Shown in pieces: positions 1-7,800 of a stretch of 39,726 bases of DNA. Under the pieces are notes generated by a model. That model was not told the DNA's origin. It saw only the letters and a list, made by a program, of their open reading frames with translations, and searched no databases. Both the position numbers and the translations under genes were made by a program. Every line of letters begins with the position of its first letter. Position 1 is the first letter of the stretch. Source of the stretch: a virus (lineage: Duplodnaviria; Caudoviricetes); IMG/VR virus record IMGVR_UViG_3300037631_003301, positions 1 to 39,726 of that record, one strand, 5' to 3'.

Positions 1-2
1 TA

Positions 3-203
3 ATGGGTGATGACTATACTCTTGACGACATGGACGCTATTACAGAACATAGAAACGAAGTCCAAAACACTTGTGAATACTTATGGTCACACCCATCTTT
101 TTCAAAAGGTGGTAACAACCAAGCCCCGAAGCGTATAATTATACAGCAAGACAGGGCAAGACTGATGGAACTAAGACATGGCAAGAAAAAGAAAAGCAGC
201 TAA
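3..203 (+). CDS. Hypothetical protein, possibly 5'-truncated
   Basis: 66-aa ORF at the window edge, overlapping the next gene. No recognised motif. Confidence 0.5.
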   Translation: MGDDYTLDDMDAITEHRNEVQNTCEYLWSHPSFSKGGNNQAPKRIIIQQDRARLMELRHGKKKKSS

Positions 204-372
204 GAAAAGACCTGTACCTACAAACCCAGCGTTATATGCAAGGGTAAAGGCAGCAGCAAAAAGAAAATTTAAGGTCTATCCGAGTGCATATGCAAACGGA
301 TGGTTAGTAAAAACATATAAGCAACGTGGCGGAAAGTATAGAATGGGCGTTGCAAGGAAAAGGAAAAAATGA
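178..372 (+). CDS. Small highly basic protein (resembles the N-terminal half of the DUF5872-type viral family)
   Basis: 64 aa, 23 K/R and no D/E by hand count. Motif NPALYARVK..AK.KFKVYPSAYANGWLVK.YK.RGG.Y; ends RKRKK. Family name is from memory. Confidence 0.75.
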   Translation: MARKRKAAKKRPVPTNPALYARVKAAAKRKFKVYPSAYANGWLVKTYKQRGGKYRMGVARKRKK

Positions 373-500
373 GAACTTGGTTTAAAACTAAACTAACACA
401 ATTATTAAATATAGTCACAGGCAAAGATAAGAACTGGGACGGGTCAGTAGATATCAAAGACAAATTGATTGAAGCTGAACAGAAAGCAAAAAATGGCTAA
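369..500 (+). CDS. 43-aa protein with an EF-hand/dockerin-like loop
   Basis: Not in the ORF track. ATGA overlap with the upstream stop, and it overlaps the downstream ATG at 493. Translation MRTWFKTKLTQLLNIVTGKDKNWDGSVDIKDKLIEAEQKAKNG contains DxNxDGxVDxxD. Confidence 0.65.
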   Translation: MRTWFKTKLTQLLNIVTGKDKNWDGSVDIKDKLIEAEQKAKNG

Positions 501-774
501 ACCTAAAGGCGGATTATCAAAATGGTTCAAAGAAAAATGGGTAGATATATCTAGACCCAAAAAGAAAGGTAGGTATCAACCTTGTGGAAGAGGCAAAGCA
601 AAGACCTCTAGAAAAGGATACCCAAAGTGTGTGCCTTTAGCACGTGCAAGAACAATGAGCAAGGCTCAGAAAAGGTCGGCAGTTCGCCGTAAGAGGGCAG
701 TACCTCAAGGCGTTGGTGGAAAACCTACTAACGTACGTACTTTTACTAAACGGAGACGTCGAAAGAAGAAGTAA
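493..774 (+). CDS. Small highly basic protein (resembles the C-terminal half of the DUF5872-type viral family)
   Basis: 93 aa from ATG 493, preferred over TTG 469. 35 K/R vs 2 D/E. Motif GL.KWFKEKWVD...PCGR...YPKC.P; ends KRRRRKKK. Confidence 0.75.
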   Translation: MAKPKGGLSKWFKEKWVDISRPKKKGRYQPCGRGKAKTSRKGYPKCVPLARARTMSKAQKRSAVRRKRAVPQGVGGKPTNVRTFTKRRRRKKK

Positions 775-777
775 ACT

Positions 778-951
778 ATGAATAATCTAACTCACGAAGT
801 AGAGAAAGTATTAGATTTATCACACAGATTAAAAAGAGCAGTTCAACTGGAACTAGAGTACGGTTGTAGCTTGCAAAAATTATTAAATTTACCGAGAACC
901 GCAAATAATAAGGTTCTCATTAATAGGCTAATAAGCCAAAGTACTCGCTAA
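778..951 (+). CDS. 57-aa hypothetical helical protein
   Basis: Not in the ORF track. ATG 3 nt after the previous stop and fills the gap. Translation MNNLTHEVEKVLDLSHRLKRAVQLELEYGCSLQKLLNLPRTANNKVLINRLISQSTR. Confidence 0.6.
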   Translation: MNNLTHEVEKVLDLSHRLKRAVQLELEYGCSLQKLLNLPRTANNKVLINRLISQSTR

Positions 952-970
952 GAGTAGATAGGAATTAAAA

Positions 971-1243
971 ATGGCAAGACAAGGCGGATTTTTAAGCGGA
1001 CCAAGCGTCCACTCAACTTCCAAGCTAAGAAAGCATGTATTGAAAAGAGGTTTAACTCGTGATTTAAATGCAGCAGCAGGAACTTATGTTAACACTAAGT
1101 CTCCAATGTCCACACCTGGTGGATTTTACGGGGCAGCTCCAAAGGCAGTAGGACCAAGATTTGGTAAAACAGTCAATCCTAAAAGAGCAAAGTTTGGAAA
1201 AACAACACCTTCTACTTTATTGACGAGAAGGAGAAGAAGATAA
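971..1243 (+). CDS. Small basic Gly/Pro-rich protein
   Basis: 90 aa, AGGA ribosome-binding site upstream, 20 K/R vs 1 D, ends RRRRR. Confidence 0.75.
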   Translation: MARQGGFLSGPSVHSTSKLRKHVLKRGLTRDLNAAAGTYVNTKSPMSTPGGFYGAAPKAVGPRFGKTVNPKRAKFGKTTPSTLLTRRRRR

Positions 1244-1326
1244 TATCTTAGAACGAATAAATAAACTTATGAAGTCGGGTAGACTCGACAAAGTAGTAAA
1301 GAAATCTTTACTAACAGGGATTAAAA

Positions 1327-1671
1327 ATGGCACTAACAGACGCAGAAAAGGCACGGCTCAAAAGAGCAGGACTTAGCGGACTCAATAAACCTAAGAAGAC
1401 TCCCAGCCACAAGACTAAGAAAGCTGTAGTAGCGGTAAGAGTCGGTGGTAAAATAAAGATTATTAGGTTCGGAGCCCAAGGCATGGGTCACAACTATAGT
1501 CCAGAAGCAAGAAAAAGTTTCAAAGCGCGACACGCAAAGAACATTAGAAAAGGAAAATCTTCCGCTGCTTACTGGGCAAACAAAGTTTTCTGGGCAGGCC
1601 CAGGAGGCTCAAAAAAGAGACCACCAAAGTCTCAAAAAAGAACATTAGGATTAAAAAGAAGGAGAAAATAA
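1327..1671 (+). CDS. Small highly basic protein (DUF5754-like motif)
   Basis: 114 aa, 34 K/R vs 3 D/E. Motif KIIRFGAQG...ARKSFKARH...SAAYWA.K.FW; ends KRRRK. Family name is from memory. Confidence 0.75.
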   Translation: MALTDAEKARLKRAGLSGLNKPKKTPSHKTKKAVVAVRVGGKIKIIRFGAQGMGHNYSPEARKSFKARHAKNIRKGKSSAAYWANKVFWAGPGGSKKRPPKSQKRTLGLKRRRK

Positions 1672-1898
1672 TGACAACTGCAAATGGAACACGACTATGG
1701 CTTGAAGAAGGCATAGTACATGCAGGAAAGTTACTACAAGATTTGATAAAAGCAGAAGAGTTTAGAACTTTATCCCCCGCGGAAAAGAAAATTAAGCAAG
1801 TATCTGCAACTTATTGTTATCTTTATACCAAATTACAAGAATTAGACCTTCTAATAGATGACGAAGACGTTTTATTCCCAGATGAGACATTACATTGA
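1671..1898 (+). CDS. Hypothetical acidic-tailed protein coupled to terL
   Basis: TAATG overlap upstream, AGGAG ribosome-binding site, TTGA overlap with terL. Ends IDDEDVLFPDETLH. Confidence 0.7.
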   Translation: MTTANGTRLWLEEGIVHAGKLLQDLIKAEEFRTLSPAEKKIKQVSATYCYLYTKLQELDLLIDDEDVLFPDETLH

Positions 1899-3196
1899 TA
1901 GAAATTAGCCGTACAGACATAGTTAGTAACTATCTAATGGACTTGGAACAAGAGTCACGATTCATTAAACTCCCTATAATGGAGTATCTTGAATTATTAG
2001 GAATAGAACCTAATACATCGCAGAGAGCAATTATAAATGCTATCAATAATCCAAAATATCGTTTTGTGTGTGCGGCTATTTCACGTCGCCAAGGCAAAAC
2101 ATATATTTCAAACATAATAGGGCAGTTGGTTTGTTTAGTACCTAACAGTCATGTACTATTAATGTCTCCAAACTATTCATTATCTCAAATATCATTTGAC
2201 TTACAAAGAAACTTGATCAAGCACTTCGACTTAGAAGTGCTTAGAGATAACGCAAAAGATAAAGTTATTGAACTATCTAACAATTCTACTATAAGAATGG
2301 GTTCTATCAATCAGGTAGACTCAGTTGTTGGTAGAAGCTATGACTTAATCATATTCGATGAAGCAGCTTTAACAGATGGAAGAGATGCCTTCAATGTCGC
2401 ACTAAGACCTACACTAGACAAAGAAAACTCAAAAGCAATCTTTATATCTACTCCAAGGGGTAGAAATAATTACTTTGCGGAATTCTATTACAGAGGGTTT
2501 AGCGAGGAGTTTCCAGAATGGTGTTCAGTAAAAGCAACTTACCATGAGAATCCTCGTGTTGCTGAATCCGATATTATAGAAGCAAAGAAAACAATGTCAG
2601 AGAATGAGTTTGCTCAAGAGTATATGGCAGACTTTAATGTTTATGAAGGTCAAGTATGGGCATTTAATCACGAGACTTGTATAGCAGACTTGTCTGAAAT
2701 AGATGTAAGTAATATGGATGTTTTTGCTGGACTTGACGTAGGTTATAAAGATCCCACAGCTTTCTGTGTTATTGCATATGACTGGGATGCTGAAAAATAC
2801 TATCTTATAGATGAGTACATGGACTCAGAAAAAACAACAGAACAACACGCAGTTCAGATTCAAAAATTAATTCATAAATGGGACATTGATTATATTTATA
2901 TTGATTCTGCAGCTCAACAAACAAGATACGACTTTGCACAAAATTATGATATCAGTACTATAAACGCCAAGAAATCTGTACTAGACGGAATTGGACATGT
3001 AGCTACTGTAGTTGATAACGATGGAATAATAGTTAATCAAACTTGCAAAGAAGCACTTATCTCATTGGACCAGTATCAATGGGACCCTAACCCTAATTTA
3101 TTAAAAGAGAAACCAAAACACAATATGGCATCCCATATGGCTGATGCTATGCGATATGCGTTGTATACATTTGAAACTACAGCCACATCGTTCTAA
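1895..3196 (+). CDS. terL: Terminase large subunit, T5-like
   Basis: Walker A SRRQGKT, Walker B IIFDEAA, coupling motif ISTPRG, nuclease motifs GLDVGYKDPTA and SHMADAMRYA. TTG start. Confidence 0.97.
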   Translation: MIEISRTDIVSNYLMDLEQESRFIKLPIMEYLELLGIEPNTSQRAIINAINNPKYRFVCAAISRRQGKTYISNIIGQLVCLVPNSHVLLMSPNYSLSQISFDLQRNLIKHFDLEVLRDNAKDKVIELSNNSTIRMGSINQVDSVVGRSYDLIIFDEAALTDGRDAFNVALRPTLDKENSKAIFISTPRGRNNYFAEFYYRGFSEEFPEWCSVKATYHENPRVAESDIIEAKKTMSENEFAQEYMADFNVYEGQVWAFNHETCIADLSEIDVSNMDVFAGLDVGYKDPTAFCVIAYDWDAEKYYLIDEYMDSEKTTEQHAVQIQKLIHKWDIDYIYIDSAAQQTRYDFAQNYDISTINAKKSVLDGIGHVATVVDNDGIIVNQTCKEALISLDQYQWDPNPNLLKEKPKHNMASHMADAMRYALYTFETTATSF

Positions 3197-3205
3197 TAAG
3201 ACCTA

Positions 3206-3249
3206 CAAAAAACAGTTCTTGACATTTGCTGTATGTTTTTGGTATAATT
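3206..3249 (+). promoter_or_regulatory. Strong sigma70-type promoter for head/tail genes
   Basis: TTGACA 3219-3224, 18-nt spacer, TGnTATAAT with TATAAT at 3243-3248, A-tract upstream. Near-identical copy at 30218. Confidence 0.88.
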
Positions 3250-3267
3250 CTAATTAAGAGTAGAAAT

Positions 3268-3639
3268 ATGAATTTCAAAAGAGATTTAGTTAAATACGTA
3301 CGAGACAAAGCGAAATCACAATATAATAAATCAAGCAATTGTTTTATTTGTGATTCGACTGAACAGTTAGATTTTCATCACTATCACGGGCTTACAGAAC
3401 TACTAGAAACTTGGATAAAAAAGAAAAAATTAATTATTAAAAACGAACAAGAAATACTAGAGATTCGAGAAGCCTTCATTGATGAACATCAGAAAGAACT
3501 TTACGAGGATACAGTCACACTCTGCCATAGTCACCATATGAAATTACACTCAATATATGGTAAAAGACCCAAGTTGATACACGCAGAGAAACAAAAAAGA
3601 TGGGTCGAGAAACAGAGAGATAAATATGGCATGGTATGA
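3268..3639 (+). CDS. HNH-type nicking endonuclease, T5-like
   Basis: CxxC (CFIC), LDFHH, VTLCHSHHMKLH; same position as in T5, between terL and portal. Start placed at ATG 3268 because TTG 3226 lies inside the promoter. Confidence 0.88.
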   Translation: MNFKRDLVKYVRDKAKSQYNKSSNCFICDSTEQLDFHHYHGLTELLETWIKKKKLIIKNEQEILEIREAFIDEHQKELYEDTVTLCHSHHMKLHSIYGKRPKLIHAEKQKRWVEKQRDKYGMV

Positions 3640-4834
3640 TAGATTCTTAGGAGGGGATAAGGAAGAAAAACTTAATCCTTCTCAATACGTTATTTCTAGA
3701 AATGAAGGAATGACTGTCGACTCTCGTGAGATTGTAACAAACTATAGAAATGCTTACGAACAATTAGAAATTGTTAACCGTGCAGTAAATATGATTGTTG
3801 ATGATGTAGCAGAAATACCTTTTGCAGTCGGAGAAAAAGTACTGGGTACTACTAATGTTGTTAAAAATATTCGTAGATCTAAGGTTGATTTATTACTTAA
3901 TAAAGAGCCTAACCCTTTTCAAGATGTAAGTACTTTTAAAAGAAATCTTATAATTGATTTACTTATAGATGGAAATATATTTATTTACTTTGATGGAGCG
4001 CATATGTATCATTTGCCTGCTGACAAAATAACTATCCATACTGACGACAAAACATATATAGAAAGATTTTCATATGATAACTCAATAGATTACAACCCGA
4101 ATGAAATTATACATATAAAAGAAAATAGTTTCAATTCAATTTATAGAGGTGTACCAAGACTAAAACCAGCATATAGAACTATGCAGTTGCTCTCTAGCAT
4201 GAGAAACTTCCAGGATAACTTCTTCAAAAATGGAGCAGTTCCAGGATTAGTACTTAAGTCACCAAACACTCTTTCAGAAAAAGTAAAAGAAAGAATGATG
4301 AGAGCTTGGAGTATTAGATATAATCCAACAACAGGAGGCAAAAGACCTCTTATACTTGATGGCGGACTAGAAGTAGACGCTCTATCAAAAATTAACTTTA
4401 AAGAGTTAGACTTTGCAGAATCAATTAAATCAAATGAAAGAATTATTCTCGAAGCAATGGGCATACCACCAATTTTAATGGATGGTGGAAATAATGCAAA
4501 TATTAGACCTAATCATAGATTGTACTACTTAGAGACAGTACTACCAGTAGTTAAAAAACTGGGATATGCATTAGAAAGATTTTTTGGTTTTTCACTAAAT
4601 GAAGATGTAACAGGGATTCCTGCTTTACAACCAGAATTGAGAGACCAGGCAGCATACTATGCTACTCTAGTTAACACGGGTATATTAAGTGCTAACGAAG
4701 CAAGAGAAGCATTAGGAAAAGAACCTGTAGACGGATTTGACGAGCCAAGAGTACCTGCAAATATAGCAGGCTCAGCGACAAACCCGGAACAAGGCGGTAG
4801 ACCTCAAGAGGCTGCCCCAAGCGAGGAAGAATAA
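3626..4834 (+). CDS. Portal protein (HK97 family, T5 pb7-like)
   Basis: LLNKEPNPFQ, LLIDGNIF, EIIHIK, RGVPRL, FFKNGAVPG, GILSANEAREALG; 402 aa. Confidence 0.96.
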   Translation: MAWYDRFLGGDKEEKLNPSQYVISRNEGMTVDSREIVTNYRNAYEQLEIVNRAVNMIVDDVAEIPFAVGEKVLGTTNVVKNIRRSKVDLLLNKEPNPFQDVSTFKRNLIIDLLIDGNIFIYFDGAHMYHLPADKITIHTDDKTYIERFSYDNSIDYNPNEIIHIKENSFNSIYRGVPRLKPAYRTMQLLSSMRNFQDNFFKNGAVPGLVLKSPNTLSEKVKERMMRAWSIRYNPTTGGKRPLILDGGLEVDALSKINFKELDFAESIKSNERIILEAMGIPPILMDGGNNANIRPNHRLYYLETVLPVVKKLGYALERFFGFSLNEDVTGIPALQPELRDQAAYYATLVNTGILSANEAREALGKEPVDGFDEPRVPANIAGSATNPEQGGRPQEAAPSEEE

Positions 4835-4836
4835 TT

Positions 4837-5106
4837 ATGACAAAAGATATGATGGTAAAGTCTCTTTCTGAGTACTTTAAAAAAGAAGGTGGTATAATGG
4901 ATCTACCTGCTTATAAAGCAAAAGGAGCTGATGTTCCTGTTAAAGATTACTTATTAAGAAGAGCATTTGGTTCTTGGAGTAGAGTACTTAGTGTAGTCTC
5001 AAAAAGATACCCTGTAGACGTAGTAGTCACACCAGAAGTAAAAGAAGTACCTGTTGAGAAAAAAGCACCTGCTAAGAAGAAAGTGGAGAAGAAAGATGTC
5101 AAATAA
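4837..5106 (+). CDS. Small protein with an FGSW motif and Lys/Ala/Pro-rich tail
   Basis: 89 aa between portal and protease. LLRRAFGSWSRVL; tail KKAPAKKKVEKKDVK. Confidence 0.75.
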   Translation: MTKDMMVKSLSEYFKKEGGIMDLPAYKAKGADVPVKDYLLRRAFGSWSRVLSVVSKRYPVDVVVTPEVKEVPVEKKAPAKKKVEKKDVK

Positions 5107-7135
5107 AATTTATCATTGGACTAGCACTTTTAAATCATTAGGTGAAACTGATGATGGTGGAATAGATATTAAAGGCTCAGCAAGTACAAACGGAATTGAC
5201 AGAGCTGGAGATATTATTGAAAGCGATGCATGGACAAAAGGTGGATTAGAGAACTTCAAAAACAATCCAATTATATTGTTCAATCACAACTACGACAAAC
5301 CAATTGGTCGTGCAAAAGATTTAAAAGTTACAGAAAACGGTTTAGAAATATCTGCAAAGATATCGAAAGCTGCTGGAGATGTAACACAACTAATTAAAGA
5401 CGGTGTCCTTGGAGCTTTTTCTGTCGGTTTCAAAGTCAAGGAAGCCGATTATATGACCGAAACCGATGGATACAAAATAAAGGACGCAGAACTTTTTGAA
5501 GTTTCTGTAGTATCAGTACCTTGCAATCAAGGGGCAACTTTTGGTTTAAGCAAATCATTTGATAGTATGGAGCAATACAACGAGTATAAGCAAACTTTTT
5601 ATAAGGCTAACCCAGCAGAATCAGCAGACGCTGTTAATGTTGAGCAGCCAAGAAGGGAGGAATCCCATAACATGGAGACAAATATGTCAAAAGAAAATAA
5701 ATCTCCTGAAAGCAACTCAGAGTTCAATCTTGAGGCATTCGCAAAGCAAGTAGCTGCAGATACAGCTGCTGAAATTGCAATGAAACAAGCTGAGCAAAAA
5801 GCTGCTGAACAGAAGGCTGCAGACGAAGCTGCTCAAAAAGCAACTGACGAAGCTGAAGTTCAAAAAGCTGCTGAAGTAGCAGATCAGGAAAAAACTAAAA
5901 CTATAGTTGAAGCAGGTCTTACAGGTGCTGAAAAGCTAATGAATGACGTGGAATCTAGAGTTAATGAGAACTATTCTAATTTAGAAGCAGTTGTTAAGTC
6001 TTTAGAATCTCAACTAGCTGAGAAATCAGAAGAAATCATGAACATCAGAGAGTCTAAAAGACATTTCTCTGACAGAAATGGTCAAGGCGATTGGAAGAAA
6101 ACTTTTGAGCAAGATATCGTTGACGCAAAATTTGCTGGTCTAGCGACTGGTAAAGGATGGGACAGTGAAGTTGCTAAAGGTGTGATGGAAAAAGTTAACA
6201 CTCATTCAGGTGTACAAGTTTCATCAGCTGATTTCGAGCAAATCGTTTCAACAAACATCGAAAGAGATATTCAAAATGAATTAGTCTTAGCTCCTCTATT
6301 TAGAGAAGTACCAATGACTTCTGCAAACATGATTATCCCAATCTTACCAGATAGTGGTTACGCTGAATTTACTTCAGGGTCTGCTGTAGCAAACGACAAT
6401 TTAGATATGAGGTCTGCTTCTTATGGTGATGATGCTGGGGTTTCTATGGCTGAAAGAACTCTTTCAACTAAAAAACTTATCTCTCAATCATTCTTAGGTA
6501 ATGAAACTGAAGAAGATGCAATCTTACCAATCCTTCCTTTAATTAGAGAATCAATGGTAAGATCACACGCTAGAGCAATTGAAAACTCAATCCTAGCTGG
6601 TGATGATGCTGACGGTGTCTTTGGCACTTCAGGAGCTTCTTTCGAAGGTTTACTACACTTAGCAAGAAATGACAGTGACTATACACAATCAGGAACTGCT
6701 TTTGCAACTGATAAAATTGTAGCAACTGACTTACTTGAAATGAGAAAGAACATGGGTAAATATGGTGTGAACCCAAGTGAAGTAGTATATATTGTTTCAC
6801 AAAGATCATACTACGAACTATTAGAAGATGCTGAGTTCCAAGACGCTAACCTAGTTGGCGACATGGCTACTAAGCTTTCTGGTGAAATTGGTCAAGTATT
6901 CGGTTCAAGAGTACTATTATGTGACGAGTTTGCTACACCAGCAGTTTCTAAGTTCGGAGCTATCGCTGTTAACCCAAGAAACTATGTAATGCCAAGATTA
7001 AGAGGCGTTACTGTAGAATCTGACTACGAAGTTATTAATCAAAGAAGAGTCTTAGTGGCTTCTCAGAGATTAGGCTTTATCGACTTAATTGACGGTGCAA
7101 CTTCTAAATGGGGTTGGATGTATAAAGCTAGCTAA
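5096..7135 (+). CDS. Fused prohead protease / coiled-coil scaffold / HK97-fold major capsid protein
   Basis: ATG 5096 with GGAG upstream (679 aa). Protease motifs DRAGD, NPIILFNH, FSVGF, EVSVVSVP; then an A/E/K/Q-rich coiled coil; then a T5 pb8-like capsid domain. No internal stop. Confidence 0.95.
   Translation: MSNKIYHWTSTFKSLGETDDGGIDIKGSASTNGIDRAGDIIESDAWTKGGLENFKNNPIILFNHNYDKPIGRAKDLKVTENGLEISAKISKAAGDVTQLIKDGVLGAFSVGFKVKEADYMTETDGYKIKDAELFEVSVVSVPCNQGATFGLSKSFDSMEQYNEYKQTFYKANPAESADAVNVEQPRREESHNMETNMSKENKSPESNSEFNLEAFAKQVAADTAAEIAMKQAEQKAAEQKAADEAAQKATDEAEVQKAAEVADQEKTKTIVEAGLTGAEKLMNDVESRVNENYSNLEAVVKSLESQLAEKSEEIMNIRESKRHFSDRNGQGDWKKTFEQDIVDAKFAGLATGKGWDSEVAKGVMEKVNTHSGVQVSSADFEQIVSTNIERDIQNELVLAPLFREVPMTSANMIIPILPDSGYAEFTSGSAVANDNLDMRSASYGDDAGVSMAERTLSTKKLISQSFLGNETEEDAILPILPLIRESMVRSHARAIENSILAGDDADGVFGTSGASFEGLLHLARNDSDYTQSGTAFATDKIVATDLLEMRKNMGKYGVNPSEVVYIVSQRSYYELLEDAEFQDANLVGDMATKLSGEIGQVFGSRVLLCDEFATPAVSKFGAIAVNPRNYVMPRLRGVTVESDYEVINQRRVLVASQRLGFIDLIDGATSKWGWMYKAS
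5655..5686 (+). promoter_or_regulatory. Candidate internal translation start for a capsid-only product
   Basis: GGAG 5674-5677 lies 6 nt before in-frame ATG 5684. A second in-frame ATG is at 5672. Mini-hairpin GGGA-GGAA-TCCC at 5655-5666. Confidence 0.65.
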
Positions 7136-7156
7136 TATTAGCACAATACGGTTTCA

Positions 7157-7184
7157 GGGAGTGTACCTAACACTCCCCCTTTTT
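7157..7184 (+). terminator. Rho-independent terminator after the capsid gene
   Basis: Stem GGGAGTGT/ACACTCCC (8 bp), 5-nt loop, followed by CC-TTTTT. Confidence 0.8.
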
Positions 7185-7188
7185 AATT

Positions 7189-7800
7189 ATGGCGAATTTA
7201 ATAACATTACAACAGTATAAAAACTTTGCAGGTCTTACAGGCGTATCTGAAGACGCAAAGATTAATGTTATTATACCAGCCATCAGTCAAGCAGTAAAAA
7301 CCTACTGCGGGACTAGTTTTGTAGACTATTATTCAAGTGCAAAGACAGAATACTATGACATCAATGATCAGTACACTAATGCAATAATACTCGATGAAAG
7401 TCCAATTGTGAGCGTGACTTCAGTTGCCGAAAGGAAGAAGCAATCAGACTCATATACGACACTAATAACAGAAAACTCCGACAGTAGCGGAAAATATGAA
7501 TACATAGTAGATGAAGTAGCAGATACTATTTTTAGAACTACTGAGTCAGGAGACAAAATGTTTCCACAAGGAAGAAAAGCGGTAAAAGTTGTGTATACTT
7601 CAGGGTATGCAGCAACACCGGAAGATTTAAAACTAGCGTGTTTTGATTTAGTTAAGTACTATTTAAAAGATGAGAGGAAACAAAACTTAACTATATCAGG
7701 CGCACAGATACAAAATCCTGTATCAACAAGTTTAAGAGAAAACATAGGTTTTCCAGATCATATTAAACGTATACTGGATTTTTATAAGATACATAAATAA
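7189..7800 (+). CDS. Head completion / head-tail adaptor (T5 p144-like)
   Basis: LITLQQYK, VKTYCG, VKVVYTSGY..TPEDLKLA, FPDHIKRILDFY; directly after capsid. Confidence 0.88.
   Translation: MANLITLQQYKNFAGLTGVSEDAKINVIIPAISQAVKTYCGTSFVDYYSSAKTEYYDINDQYTNAIILDESPIVSVTSVAERKKQSDSYTTLITENSDSSGKYEYIVDEVADTIFRTTESGDKMFPQGRKAVKVVYTSGYAATPEDLKLACFDLVKYYLKDERKQNLTISGAQIQNPVSTSLRENIGFPDHIKRILDFYKIHK

Noticed and set aside
1269-1376. Possible 35-aa basic ORF MKSGRLDKVVKKSLLTGIKNGTNRRRKGTAQKSRT
   Set aside because: No clear RBS and a 50-nt overlap with the 1327 gene. It would fill a gap and is worth checking in relatives, but is not supported here.
3226-5095. Longer TTG starts in the track (3226 and 5054; likewise 469 and 36636)
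   Set aside because: They fall inside a promoter or the upstream gene; downstream ATGs fit better by RBS or coupling.
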